A stretch of 64,000 nt of DNA from an uncultured Parcubacteria group bacterium (GTDB taxonomy: Bacteria > Patescibacteriota > Patescibacteriia > UBA9934 > CAMTUG01). Made by a program: the position numbers and the translations under genes. Below, piece by piece: positions 48,366 through 57,720 of this stretch (within the stretch, counting starts at the first letter, position 1; every line of letters begins with the position of its first letter). A model generated the notes under the pieces. It saw only the letters and a program-made list of their open reading frames with translations. It did no database searches and was not told the DNA's origin. The DNA lies in NCBI GenBank assembly GCA_947084965.1, contig CAMTUG010000001.1, positions 409,301 to 473,300 on the forward strand, written 5' to 3'.

Positions 48366-49195
48366 CAATGCGCGTGCGCCATCTTTGCTTCATGATTCCC
48401 CTCCTCGTGCTCCTCTCCGTGTGCTTCGGTAGCAACGGTCAGATATGCGAGCGTGAGCATCGCAAAGACCGTCGCTTGAATCACCGCGACGAGAAGTTCG
48501 AGGAAGATGAATGGCAGAGGGAGGAAGTAGGCGAAGATTCCGAGAACGATCGTAATCAACACTTCGCCGGCAAAGATATTTCCAAAGAGACGCAAGGAGA
48601 GCGAAAGGACTTTGGCAATTTCTGAAACAATTTCGATCAACCCAACACCAAATTCAATGATCGCCACAATGACCGCCATTGGCCCTTTCGGAATCGCTTT
48701 GAAGATTCCGCGGATGTTGACGAATTTGGAAAGATGGGCGATCGGGCCAAGCTTTACTAATCCAAAGAGGTGCGAAGCGAGAACGGCCACCGCGGCGATC
48801 GCAAGCGTCATGTTCAGGTCGCTCGTTGCGGGACGCAGGAGCGGGATAAGGGCCATCTCACCATGGATGACTTCGCGGACCCCAATCGATCCCGTGCCCG
48901 GCATCTGGCCAAGCAAATTGGAGACGAGCACGAATAAGAAGATCGTTCCAACGATCGGCAAGAACTTTTTGGCGCGCTCGCGATCTTCCGTCACCTTTTG
49001 TGATTCCGTGAGCATGAATTCCACGATCGCTTCGAAGATATTGTGAATCCCTTTTGGCACGAGCCCCACGCGACGGCGGGCAATCGCCGCGACGACAACA
49101 AAAAAGATCACAGCGATCCAGGCGTTCACCATGGAGTTTGTGATCGGCAATGCGGCGATATGAGCGATTGGTTCAGCGGCGAGGGATACGGACAT
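48365..49195 (-). CDS. atpB: ATP synthase F0 subunit a
   Basis: PATSDLNMT, LSLSLRLFGNIFAGE, IQATVFAMLT. Confidence 0.96.
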   Translation of the reverse strand: MSVSLAAEPIAHIAALPITNSMVNAWIAVIFFVVVAAIARRRVGLVPKGIHNIFEAIVEFMLTESQKVTEDRERAKKFLPIVGTIFLFVLVSNLLGQMPGTGSIGVREVIHGEMALIPLLRPATSDLNMTLAIAAVAVLASHLFGLVKLGPIAHLSKFVNIRGIFKAIPKGPMAVIVAIIEFGVGLIEIVSEIAKVLSLSLRLFGNIFAGEVLITIVLGIFAYFLPLPFIFLELLVAVIQATVFAMLTLAYLTVATEAHGEEHEEGNHEAKMAHAH

Positions 49196-49200
49196 ACATT

Positions 49201-49458
49201 CTATTTTCCCTTTTCCTTGCCTCCGCTTTCAAAGATCCTCTGATATTCCTTCCCATATTCCTTTGCAATTCTGGCCACGTGGATAGCGGTCAGGACAAAG
49301 GCGAGCACAAGAAGGCCGATCAGGAACCAGGGAGAGGTGTTGAAACGCGTGTCCAGCCACTTTCCGGCTAAGGCCGCCAAAACGGCCGGGACAGCGATCG
49401 CAACCCCGAAATTCCCAAGGATTTTGAAGGCGAAGAGGTACAAGGAGCGGTCGTTCAT
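49201..49458 (-). CDS. AtpZ/AtpI family protein
   Basis: Two TM helices, GKWLDTRFNTSPW; first gene of the atp operon. Confidence 0.85.
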   Translation of the reverse strand: MNDRSLYLFAFKILGNFGVAIAVPAVLAALAGKWLDTRFNTSPWFLIGLLVLAFVLTAIHVARIAKEYGKEYQRIFESGGKEKGK

Positions 49459-49468
49459 AAGCGCGGAT

Positions 49469-49497
49469 AGTATAGCCGAATGGCTGTAGTAGGTCAA
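49469..49497 (-). promoter_or_regulatory. atp operon promoter (very short leader)
   Basis: Minus strand TTGACC-N17-TATACT, 10 nt before ATG 49458. Confidence 0.7.
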
Positions 49498-49533
49498 GGC
49501 AATTTGTCATTTTTGAAAGTCATTTATCCCCAT

Positions 49534-49571
49534 AAATCGCGAAACCCACCTGAAGTGCTCAGGTGGGCTCG
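49534..49571 (-). terminator. Conserved 3' hairpin of GC-rich gene C
   Basis: Minus strand CGAGCCCACCTGAG-CAC-TTCAGGTGGGTTTCG then CGATTT. Confidence 0.6.
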
Positions 49572-49594
49572 ACGTGGGTGAAGCAGGGAGTGCC

Positions 49595-50479
49595 CTACTT
49601 CGTCTGGGTGGTGGGGATCGGTTGCATCTCTGGGCCGGAGACGCCGCCGAACTTGGCGAAGCCGCAGCAGCCGCAGAACAGGACGAGGAGGAACCCGACG
49701 ATGATGATCAGCGGCAAGTTGCCCGCGATCGCGCCGCTGATGGTCGGCTGGGTCGGGGTGCCGGTGGCGCTCGTCGCCTTCCCTGCTTCCTCGCGACCCT
49801 TCTTGGCGGCGTCCTTCCGCTTCTTGCGCTCCTCCGCGCGTTCGTCCCGCGCGGCCTGCTGATCGGCCGTCGGGTTGGCCCAACGGTCCCGGGCCCGAGC
49901 GACGGCGGCGTCCTGGCGAGCACGCGCCGCGGCAGCTTCCGCCGCACGCGCGACCTCGGCTTCGTGGGCCGCGGCGGCCGCCTTGGCTTCGGCGGCCTTG
50001 CGATCGTCCTCGGCCTTCTTCGCGGCGGCGCCAGGGTCGACGGGCTTCACGGTCTCGGCCGGCGTCTCGGGCGCGCCAGCCTTCTTCGCGGCAAGGGCAG
50101 CGGCTGCTGCGGCTCCGGCTGCGCCAGCGGCGACCTCCTCGTCGAGGTCCGGGATGCCGTCCCCGTCTTCTTCGACGACCGCCTCCTCGGGCTCCTCCTC
50201 TTCCTCGCTCGGCTTCTCGGCCTTGACGCCGGTCAGCTTCTCGAGGATCGGGTGGACGACCTCGGCCATGGCGCCGATCACGCTGCCCAGCGTGCCGGCC
50301 TCCTTGGCGTCGAGGAGCTCGGTGAGGAGCTTCTGCGAGGGCTCGTCGAGCACGTCGGCCATTTCGTCGGCCTTGACGGCGTCCGCGGTCCAGGCGGCGC
50401 TGAGGTCCGACCACTCCTGGTCGGTGAGCTCCTCGCCATCCAGACACTTCTTCAACAGGGCCTTGATCTTCGGGTCCAT
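49595..50479 (-). CDS. Hypothetical tail-anchored protein, GC-rich gene C
   Basis: ATG 50479 with GGAG SD; helical N-terminus, acidic linker, Ala/Lys/Arg coiled coil, C-terminal TM followed by CGCCG. Confidence 0.75.
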   Translation of the reverse strand: MDPKIKALLKKCLDGEELTDQEWSDLSAAWTADAVKADEMADVLDEPSQKLLTELLDAKEAGTLGSVIGAMAEVVHPILEKLTGVKAEKPSEEEEEPEEAVVEEDGDGIPDLDEEVAAGAAGAAAAAALAAKKAGAPETPAETVKPVDPGAAAKKAEDDRKAAEAKAAAAAHEAEVARAAEAAAARARQDAAVARARDRWANPTADQQAARDERAEERKKRKDAAKKGREEAGKATSATGTPTQPTISGAIAGNLPLIIIVGFLLVLFCGCCGFAKFGGVSGPEMQPIPTTQTK

Positions 50480-50564
50480 TCGGTACTCCGTGGGTGGGGG
50501 TAGATGTCCTGACTGCGGGATCCTTGACGCCTGAAGCGTCGGAACGGGAGAAATCCAGCCGCCA

Positions 50565-50593
50565 AATATAGCATAAAAAACCGATTTTGTCAA
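50565..50593 (-). promoter_or_regulatory. sigma70-type promoter of gene C
   Basis: Minus strand TTGACA-AAATCGGTTTTTTATGC-TATATT. Confidence 0.72.
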
Positions 50594-50663
50594 TCCAGCC
50601 CAACAATAAGGGCAAAAAGCGAAAAAGAGGCACAAATAAAGCCAAAATCTTATCTAGGCAGAC

Positions 50664-50692
50664 TTGACAAAATCAAAAAAGTCTGCTATTTT
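50664..50692 (+). promoter_or_regulatory. sigma70-type promoter of gene D
   Basis: TTGACA-AAATCAAAAAAGTCTGC-TATTTT. Confidence 0.7.
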
Positions 50693-50812
50693 ACAAGGCT
50701 GTGCAGGACCCTAAAAGAGAGGGCTGGCAGTGGTTTTCCCCGACAGCGGGGCTGATCGAGAGAGAAAGGACACAACACCCAAACGGCGGCCAACCCGCCA
50801 ACGGAGCACACC

Positions 50813-52408
50813 ATGGCGACCCTCGCCGAACAGCTCGCCGCGCAAGCGGCCAACGCCAGCAAGAAGAACGACAAGGGCAACAAGAAGGGCGGTCTCGCGG
50901 CGCAGGCCGCGGCCGGCAACAAGCCCGACGCCAAGGCGCAGCAGGAGGCCCGGGCGGCGGCGTTCGCCGACGCGCAGAACGACCTGGCCGCCGACGCGGT
51001 GATGAAGATCGGGGAGCTCGCCCAGGGCAACCGCCGCGCCCAGGCGGACCTGATCTCCCGCATCGTCCGCAACGGAGAGAAGCTCGCCATCTTCGAGGTC
51101 AGCCCCCGGCAGGAGGAGGGACGGCACGGCGAGGGCCTCAAGTGGGTCGGCGACACCACGATCGACGGCGTCGGGGAGACGGTCGGCTTCACCAGCCACA
51201 TCATCCTCTTCGACCTGGTCGCCGGGAAGAAGGTGTGGTGCTGCCTCGTGCAGGACAAGAAGCGCAAGGACAGCTACAGCGCCTTCCCCCTCGGCCTCTG
51301 CGAGGTGTCCCTCATCAACAACTGGAACGGGAACCGTTCGAAGGAGGACCCGACCATCACCGTCATCACCGGCTCGATCCGCGACGCCCACCGCAGCGTC
51401 AAGCTGACGGTCCGCGAGATCGTCGAGCTGCGTGGGCGGGGCGGGGGTCAGCACCTCGCCTGGCTCAAGGGCTTCCGCCTGGTGAAGCACGAGCGGTGCC
51501 AGCCCTTCGCGCTCAACGTCAAGTCCGTGTTCAAGATCGAGCTGGGCGAGCGCGGCGCCACCCTCCGGTTCGTCTCCACGGCCGAGGCCTTCCAGGGCTT
51601 CGATCACAAGGCGATCGCGATCGGCGGGGCCTCGAGCAAGCCGGTCGATCCGCTCGCGGCGGTCGGCAAGGTGACGATCGAGGAGGTCAACCCGGACATC
51701 GTCCACGGGCTGATCAACAAGCTGAAGGGAGAGAAGAAGACGGACGAGCACCCCACCGTGAAGGCGATGAAGGCGGCCGGGCGCAAGGTGTCGGACGACA
51801 TGGCCGGGCGCGAGGGCCCCATCAACTCGGTCCTGGAGAAGGAGGTCAAGCCGGCGCTCCTCGAGGCGCTGGACGTGGAGATCGAGAAGCGCGAGAAGCT
51901 CCTCGGCGACCTCCCCACCCTGCGCGTGTTCCTGGGGCTCACCACCTCGGACGACATGCGCAGCACCCACCGCAACATCAGCAACCGGCGCGACGCGCCG
52001 AAGGAGGGCAAGGACTCGCCCGCCGAGTTCATCGCCGAGAAGACCAAGATCCCGTTCACCTGGTCCCTCTTCGGCCGCTACTTCCGGGCCGGACTCCTCG
52101 CCAAGATCGCCCAGGCGGAGGAGAGCCACGATCTGGCCGTCAAGATCGTGGTGCTCGAGAAGGAGGTCGAGGTCAACGCCGAGGACATGCTCGGGTGGCC
52201 CGACTGGACCAAGGAAGGGATCGCCGCCCGACTCGAGGCGATCGAGAAGGGCGACGTGCGCGGGGCCGTCTGGGTGGTGAACCAGGCGCTCCGGCAGCAC
52301 AAGGTGGAGATCGACCTCGGCAAGGAGGGCCACCTCGACATCGTGAAGGCTGCGGTGAAGACCGTCGCCGACGCGGTGATCGCCAAGATCACGCCCGCCG
52401 CCAGCTAG
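50813..52408 (+). CDS. Hypothetical cytoplasmic protein, GC-rich gene D (531 aa)
   Basis: GGAG SD; codons almost all end in G/C in this frame; protein-like composition; own promoter and 3' hairpin. Confidence 0.8.
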   Translation: MATLAEQLAAQAANASKKNDKGNKKGGLAAQAAAGNKPDAKAQQEARAAAFADAQNDLAADAVMKIGELAQGNRRAQADLISRIVRNGEKLAIFEVSPRQEEGRHGEGLKWVGDTTIDGVGETVGFTSHIILFDLVAGKKVWCCLVQDKKRKDSYSAFPLGLCEVSLINNWNGNRSKEDPTITVITGSIRDAHRSVKLTVREIVELRGRGGGQHLAWLKGFRLVKHERCQPFALNVKSVFKIELGERGATLRFVSTAEAFQGFDHKAIAIGGASSKPVDPLAAVGKVTIEEVNPDIVHGLINKLKGEKKTDEHPTVKAMKAAGRKVSDDMAGREGPINSVLEKEVKPALLEALDVEIEKREKLLGDLPTLRVFLGLTTSDDMRSTHRNISNRRDAPKEGKDSPAEFIAEKTKIPFTWSLFGRYFRAGLLAKIAQAEESHDLAVKIVVLEKEVEVNAEDMLGWPDWTKEGIAARLEAIEKGDVRGAVWVVNQALRQHKVEIDLGKEGHLDIVKAAVKTVADAVIAKITPAAS

Positions 52409-52488
52409 AGGAAGCTGGACTTCAAGAGAAGGGCTAGAGGTAGCAGATGAATCAGTCTACCTCGCCCAACTCATCCTCACTCACGAGC

Positions 52489-52526
52489 GACACCCACGGA
52501 AAACTTCCGTGGGTGTCATCGCGTTT
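52489..52526 (+). terminator. Conserved 3' hairpin of GC-rich gene D
   Basis: GACACCCACGGAA-AAC-TTCCGTGGGTGTC then ATCGCGTTT; 13-bp perfect stem. Confidence 0.65.
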
Positions 52527-52551
52527 AGACGGGGCGCAGTGGCCCCGTCTA
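52526..52551. repeat. REP-like palindrome at the tatD 3' end
   Basis: TAGACGGGGC-GCAGTG-GCCCCGTCTA. Confidence 0.6.
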
Positions 52552-53394
52552 TTAAATTCCAAAGAGCTTTTCGGCGTTTGCCGTCGTAACACGATCAACT
52601 TCTTCAACCGTGATCCCTTTAAGCACCGCGACTTTGGCCGCTACAAATTCGACCATCCACGGTTCATTGCGCTCCCCGCGATGCGGTTCAGGAGTTAAAT
52701 ACGGTGCGTCGGTTTCGAGCATCATCATTTCGAGCGGACAATCACGCACTACTTGTTGCAGCGCAGAAATTGCCCCTTCCGATTTACGTGGCGGAAAGGT
52801 GATGATCCCGGTGAAGCTGGTGAGGAATCCGATTGCGTGATAGGCGCGAGCTTCTTCAATCGTTCCCGTAAAACAATGTACAACTCCGCGACGTTTCATC
52901 CGTCCCGCTTCGATGTATTCTTTCAAAATAGCCACCTGATCGGCGTGCGCGTCACGACAGTGAATGACCACAGGCAGATTCAGCTCATCCGCCAGATCAA
53001 ACTGCTTGCGCACTTCCACCTTCTGCTTTTCAATCAACGTCGCACGATCCACCTCCGGCGGGATGCGATAGTAATCCAGCCCACACTCCCCGATCGCCAC
53101 CACCTTTGGATGCTTGGCAAGATCACGGTAATACTCCATGTCAAAACTTTCACAGCGCGTCTTGATCTCTTCCAAATCATCTTGAAAATGCTGTTCGCAC
53201 GTATGATTCGGATGTAGACCGATCGTGGTGTAGACGCCGTCGTACTGTTCCGCAACTCCAATCCCCTTCTTACTTGTTGTTGACTGCGTCCCAACGGTCA
53301 CCATGCGCACCCCTTTTTCAAGAGTACGCGTGATCACGGCGTCCATGTCATCTTTGTACGCCTGAAAGTGGACGTGGCAATGCGTGTCGATCAT
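52552..53394 (-). CDS. TatD family hydrolase
   Basis: IDTHCH, GLHP, AIGECGLDY, IHCRDA, VHCFTG, LETDAPYL. Confidence 0.95.
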   Translation of the reverse strand: MIDTHCHVHFQAYKDDMDAVITRTLEKGVRMVTVGTQSTTSKKGIGVAEQYDGVYTTIGLHPNHTCEQHFQDDLEEIKTRCESFDMEYYRDLAKHPKVVAIGECGLDYYRIPPEVDRATLIEKQKVEVRKQFDLADELNLPVVIHCRDAHADQVAILKEYIEAGRMKRRGVVHCFTGTIEEARAYHAIGFLTSFTGIITFPPRKSEGAISALQQVVRDCPLEMMMLETDAPYLTPEPHRGERNEPWMVEFVAAKVAVLKGITVEEVDRVTTANAEKLFGI

Positions 53395-53903
53395 ACGGTT
53401 GGAATTCTGGCACGTAACGTTTCCGGGAGGAGACCAACAAAGATCGTGAAGAGACCCATCAGATAGGTCGCTACTTTTGAACTATCGATCACTTCAACGA
53501 CCGTGGCTTCAGGAAACAGAAGTTTGGCGATGTACACGACCGAAGCGACGACCACAAGTCCTTCAAGGAATCCAAGGAATCCGCCAAGCAGTCGATTAGC
53601 CGTTTTCAAAAACGGAATGATTGAGATGATGTTAAACGCTTTTTCTACGACCCAGAAAATAAGACCGACGAGGCGCGAAACGATCAGAAAGACGAGGATG
53701 AACGAAAGGATCGTTGGCAAGACTTCGGCGCCTGTTACTTCGGAAAGCCACGCCCCGAACGGCACGGCGGCGCGTGAGGCGACGAAAATTCCAGCGACCG
53801 TGCCGACCAACGCCCCGAGCGTCTGGATAAATCCAAGAAACGCACCAACAAGACCGAAGGAAAAGACGATCAGAATCAAGATGACGTCGAGGAGAGAGAA
53901 CAT
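53391..53903 (-). CDS. CvpA (colicin V production) family membrane protein
   Basis: LLDVIL...GAFLGFI, NRLLGGFLGFLEG, IDSSK. Confidence 0.85.
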   Translation of the reverse strand: MFSLLDVILILIVFSFGLVGAFLGFIQTLGALVGTVAGIFVASRAAVPFGAWLSEVTGAEVLPTILSFILVFLIVSRLVGLIFWVVEKAFNIISIIPFLKTANRLLGGFLGFLEGLVVVASVVYIAKLLFPEATVVEVIDSSKVATYLMGLFTIFVGLLPETLRARIPTV

Positions 53904-53939
53904 AGGAAAAGGAAAGAGGTGAGAGGTAGAGAAGAGGTG

Positions 53940-55439
53940 CTAGGGGCGACGGGGGAAGAGAGGGTCTGATTTTTGCAGGACGTGTCCAGGTTCAAGCCCG
54001 CCCCACACCCAAGCCGATTCCGCAGACTGCGTGAATTCTTTTGGCGTTTCTAATCCGAGTTGGGCGAGCATTTTTTCGGCCGTCTCTGGCATGAATGGCA
54101 ACAGCATCCACGCGATGTGACGCAACGTTTCGAGCAGAACGTACATTGTCTGATCGATCATCTTCTGCTCCCCTAACTTGGCGAGCTTCCATGGCGCCTG
54201 CTGATCAATGAACTGATTGCTTTCGCGTACTAGTTTCCACGTTACTTCGAGGGCGTCGAGGAAGCGCACCTCTTCCATTGCTAACTGATACGCTGGCCAA
54301 GCCCCGGCCAAAAATCCGTCGGCGCGTTCTGGAACTTTTCCATCGCAAAACTTTTCGGCCATCGTAATCACCCGACTCAACAAGTTTCCAAGCTCGCTCG
54401 CCAGATCGCTGTCATAGCGTTGCTCCATGCGTGCCAGGGCAAAATCCCCATCTTCGCCGTACTTGATTTCGCGCAGCAAGAAATAACGCAGCACGTCATT
54501 GCCAAAGTTTTGTGCCAATTCGATCGGATCGATGGCGTTGCCGAGCGACTTAGAAATTTTATCGCCATTGATCGTAAAAAACCCGTTCGCAAAGACCCGC
54601 GTCGGCAGCGGCAGTCCGGCTGACAAAAGCATCGCCGGCCACAGAGCGCAGTGGAACTTGATGATATCCTTTCCAACCAAATGCACATCTGCCGGCCAAT
54701 ACTTGGCGAACATCGCCTCATCGCTCCCGTAGCCGACAGCAGTCAGATAGTTGATCAGCGCGTCGAACCAAACGTAGATACGCTGGGAGTCATCGCCAGG
54801 CACAGGAATACCGCACTTCACCGTTTCGCGCGAAATACTGACGTCGGTCATGAACTTATCGATGTACGAACGAATTTCATTGCGACGCGAAGTTGGCTGC
54901 ACGAACTCTGGATGCTCATCAATTAACTTCAGCAACGCCTCACGATACTTCGTCAGACGGAAAAAGTAATTCTTTTCAGAAAGTCGATCTGGCTCTCGTT
55001 TATGCAACGGACATTTGCCGTCGACCAAATCATCTTCTGTTTTATACGACTCACACCCGACACAGTACAGACCTTCGTACTGCCCTTCGTAAATGTCGCC
55101 ATTTTCAAACGACGCTTTCCAAAACTTCTCAACCGCCTTCACGTGTCGCTCCTCCGTCGTACGGATAAAAGCGTTGTTGGTGATCCCAAGCGAGTCCCAT
55201 GTTGATTGCCAGGTGGCACTCATCTGGTCCAGATACTTGGTGAGATCCGCCTCCCCCGCCTTCTTTGCCGCCTCAACGTTCTTCTGCGAATTTTCGTCTG
55301 TGCCAGTCACGAAAAAAACATCATGCCCGAGCATGCGATGATAACGCGCCAACACATCCGCCGCGATCGTCGTATAGGCATGCCCAACGTGCGGTTTGTC
55401 GTTGACGTAGTAGATGGGGGTAGTGATGTAGAACTTCAT
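53940..55439 (-). CDS. metG: Methionine--tRNA ligase (no C-terminal dimerisation domain)
   Basis: FYITTPIYYVN..PHVGHAY, GTDEN, YVWFDALINY, KISKSLGN. Confidence 0.97.
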   Translation of the reverse strand: MKFYITTPIYYVNDKPHVGHAYTTIAADVLARYHRMLGHDVFFVTGTDENSQKNVEAAKKAGEADLTKYLDQMSATWQSTWDSLGITNNAFIRTTEERHVKAVEKFWKASFENGDIYEGQYEGLYCVGCESYKTEDDLVDGKCPLHKREPDRLSEKNYFFRLTKYREALLKLIDEHPEFVQPTSRRNEIRSYIDKFMTDVSISRETVKCGIPVPGDDSQRIYVWFDALINYLTAVGYGSDEAMFAKYWPADVHLVGKDIIKFHCALWPAMLLSAGLPLPTRVFANGFFTINGDKISKSLGNAIDPIELAQNFGNDVLRYFLLREIKYGEDGDFALARMEQRYDSDLASELGNLLSRVITMAEKFCDGKVPERADGFLAGAWPAYQLAMEEVRFLDALEVTWKLVRESNQFIDQQAPWKLAKLGEQKMIDQTMYVLLETLRHIAWMLLPFMPETAEKMLAQLGLETPKEFTQSAESAWVWGGLEPGHVLQKSDPLFPRRP

Positions 55440-55440
55440 A

Positions 55441-55480
55441 CGGTAGAAAGCGGAAAGCAGTAAGTGGTAAATTGAGACAC
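55441..55480. repeat. Half copy of the heptamer/GAGAC element (rsmI-metG junction)
   Basis: TAGAAAG CGGAAAG CAGTAAG TGGTAAA TTGAGAC AC. Confidence 0.7.
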
Positions 55481-56148
55481 TAGCGGATTGGAGCGAGTAC
55501 CACCACAAATTCTCCTTTAATACTAGCTTTTTTCAAGGCTTCTGTCACTTGGGTAGGCGTGCCGCGATACGTCGTTTCAAACATCTTAGTCAATTCACGA
55601 CAGACGACGATCTTGCGGTCACCGATGCGTTTCTCAAGTTCAGCCAAGGACTTGATGATGCGATGCGTGGATTCGTAAAAGACGACCGTCGATTCAATGC
55701 TCGCCGCGCGATCAAAAAACTTCTGCCTCCCGTTTTTGTGCGGAGGGAATCCCATGAACAAAAATTCATCAGCCGGGAATCCACTAATGGAAAGGGCGGC
55801 GATGACTGCGGATGGTCCAGGGATAGGAACGATCTTCACATCGTCGCCAAATCGCACGACGACTTCTTCAACCAATTTTCCTCCGGGATCGGAAATGCCC
55901 GGAGTGCCGGCGTCTGTGACGAGTGCAAGGTTCTTCCCCTCTGCGAGCATCTCGAGGGCCTGTGTCGTTTGGGAGTGTTGGTGATAACTGACAAGTGGGC
56001 GCTTGATTCCAATCAGAGAGAGCATCTTCCCCGTGACGCGTGTGTCTTCGCAAAGAACGGCGTCAACTGAGGAAAGCGTTGTCTTGGCGCGCTCGGTTAA
56101 ATCAGAGAGATTGCCGATCGGTGTGGCAACGATAAAGAGTTGGGGCAT
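55480..56148 (-). CDS. rsmI: 16S rRNA (cytidine1402-2'-O)-methyltransferase
   Basis: VATPIGNL.D, CEDTR, VTDAGTPGISDPG, YESTHR, RELTK.FE. Confidence 0.95.
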   Translation of the reverse strand: MPQLFIVATPIGNLSDLTERAKTTLSSVDAVLCEDTRVTGKMLSLIGIKRPLVSYHQHSQTTQALEMLAEGKNLALVTDAGTPGISDPGGKLVEEVVVRFGDDVKIVPIPGPSAVIAALSISGFPADEFLFMGFPPHKNGRQKFFDRAASIESTVVFYESTHRIIKSLAELEKRIGDRKIVVCRELTKMFETTYRGTPTQVTEALKKASIKGEFVVVLAPIR

Positions 56149-56172
56149 ACCGAAATTTTTACCTCAGTAGGA

Positions 56173-56196
56173 ATTTGCCTCTCGAGAAGCAAATCT
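56173..56196. repeat. Palindrome ATTTGCCTCTCGAGAAGCAAATCT
   Basis: Related to 45585-45610. Confidence 0.7.
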
Positions 56197-56211
56197 CTCA
56201 AGGGGTTCTTT

Positions 56212-57075
56212 TTAGAGATCCCCTGCCGTGATCTGCGTATCCGGATACATCGCCACCCATGCAAACCAGTAGGCATAGATGTATTGCTCCGGCACAAAAC
56301 CATCTTCAACGAACGGTACAGCGAGCGGCGTTCCATTGTTGATCACCCCGTAGACCAACGCCTTGGGAGGCAAGCGGTCATCCAGATTTGAAAGGGGAAA
56401 CCAGATATCCGTCGGAGCGAGATGATACTCGGCATACGGATCCGTGGTGTAATCGCGGATCGCTCCTGTTTTACGCGAAAGCACTTGCGCACTCGGATAA
56501 TCTGAACGGAAATCCGCCCACGTCGTGACGGTATACGGATAGCTGCGCAGGGAGACGTCCGCTCGCTCACCGACCACGCCCTTGCCCAGAATCTGCGACC
56601 ACAACGATTCTGTTTCACGGTCGTACATCAGCAGATTGTTGTTATAAAGTTTTCCGGAAACGCCAAATTCAACTACGGTCTCCCCTACGCGACGATCAAA
56701 AACGGCCACGCTTTGTGTAAGCGGGCTGTAGGTGACAGCAAGAGGGGTTCCTTCGATCACATCATTGACAATCTCGTGCCAAACCAAAATTTGGAACGGA
56801 TAAAAGCGACGTGTGTTTCCGATCTTCAGGTTGATTCCTGAGCCTGTATCCGAAAGATACACGTCTGCCACCTGAACCGATTCAAATTGCGGAGCATCGA
56901 TCGATGGGATCCCGTCCTTCCCCGGACCACCGCTTACGATCGCATCTACGACCTGCTTTTCTTGTTGGGCGATCTGTTCTGACAACGGCTGAAGATCAAA
57001 AAAACGCTCCAGTCCGTAATAGATACCGGACAGGACGAGCAGACTGATGATCGCCACGATGTAGGGATTTTTCAT
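56212..57075 (-). CDS. DUF3179 domain protein
   Basis: GGPGKDGIPSID.P, YPFQILVWHEIVND, FGVSGKLY, MYDRETESLWSQ, YWFAW. Confidence 0.85.
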   Translation of the reverse strand: MKNPYIVAIISLLVLSGIYYGLERFFDLQPLSEQIAQQEKQVVDAIVSGGPGKDGIPSIDAPQFESVQVADVYLSDTGSGINLKIGNTRRFYPFQILVWHEIVNDVIEGTPLAVTYSPLTQSVAVFDRRVGETVVEFGVSGKLYNNNLLMYDRETESLWSQILGKGVVGERADVSLRSYPYTVTTWADFRSDYPSAQVLSRKTGAIRDYTTDPYAEYHLAPTDIWFPLSNLDDRLPPKALVYGVINNGTPLAVPFVEDGFVPEQYIYAYWFAWVAMYPDTQITAGDL

Positions 57076-57130
57076 ATGGACATTCGGGCGCGATCAGGAT
57101 AACATCGAAAGGCGAAATTAACAACGCACT

Positions 57131-57709
57131 ATGGCTTACGAAGCAAAGAATTATGACCACTTGCTCGGGCTTGAAGGCATGAGCGAAACGTTGCTCAAAA
57201 ACCACTTCACGCTCTACCAGGGGTACGTCAAAAACGCCAACGGATTACTCGAAAAGCTCGATACACTTGAAGTCGGCAGCGCAGAGTATGGCGAATTACA
57301 ACGTCGATTTGGGTGGGAGTGGAACGGGATGCGCTTACATGAGTTTTATTTCTCAAATCTTAAATCTGGCGGCTCCGAGTGTGCCGGACCGATCAAAGAG
57401 AAGATCGAATCCATTTACGGAAGCATAGAAAATTGGCGCAAAAACTTTGTGGGCGTCGGAACGATGCGCGGAATCGGTTGGGTCATTCTTTACCTTGATG
57501 TCGCCAGTGGAGAACTCTTTAACACCTGGATAAACGAGCATGACGTTGGTCACCTCTCTGGCGCCATGCCGCTCCTCGTGATGGATGTTTTCGAACACGC
57601 CTACATGGTCGACTATGGCTTGAAGAAAGCGGACTATATCGAAGCGTTTATGCATGCGATCGACTGGGACGAAGTAAACCGTCGCCTCGCCCTCGTTACT
57701 CATCTATAA
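57131..57709 (+). CDS. Fe/Mn superoxide dismutase family protein
   Basis: NHFTLYQGYV, NGMRLHEFYF, GIGW, MDVFEHAYMVDYG. Confidence 0.9.
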   Translation: MAYEAKNYDHLLGLEGMSETLLKNHFTLYQGYVKNANGLLEKLDTLEVGSAEYGELQRRFGWEWNGMRLHEFYFSNLKSGGSECAGPIKEKIESIYGSIENWRKNFVGVGTMRGIGWVILYLDVASGELFNTWINEHDVGHLSGAMPLLVMDVFEHAYMVDYGLKKADYIEAFMHAIDWDEVNRRLALVTHL

Positions 57710-57720
57710 TCTATCCTCCT

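Noticed and set aside
49524-52437. Long alternative-frame and antisense ORFs over genes C and D (50701-52437 +, 50711-52333 -, 49524-50645 -, 49574-50503 +)
   Set aside because: Expected shadows of very high GC3; Arg/Gly/Pro-rich or antisense-typical composition and no SD or promoter support
49500-52551. Prophage or IS origin for the C/D region
   Set aside because: No phage, integrase or transposase genes, terminal repeats, target duplication or adjacent tRNA seen
53904-53938. Purine run between metG and cvpA as another heptamer element
   Set aside because: Periodicity is irregular and there is no core or second arm
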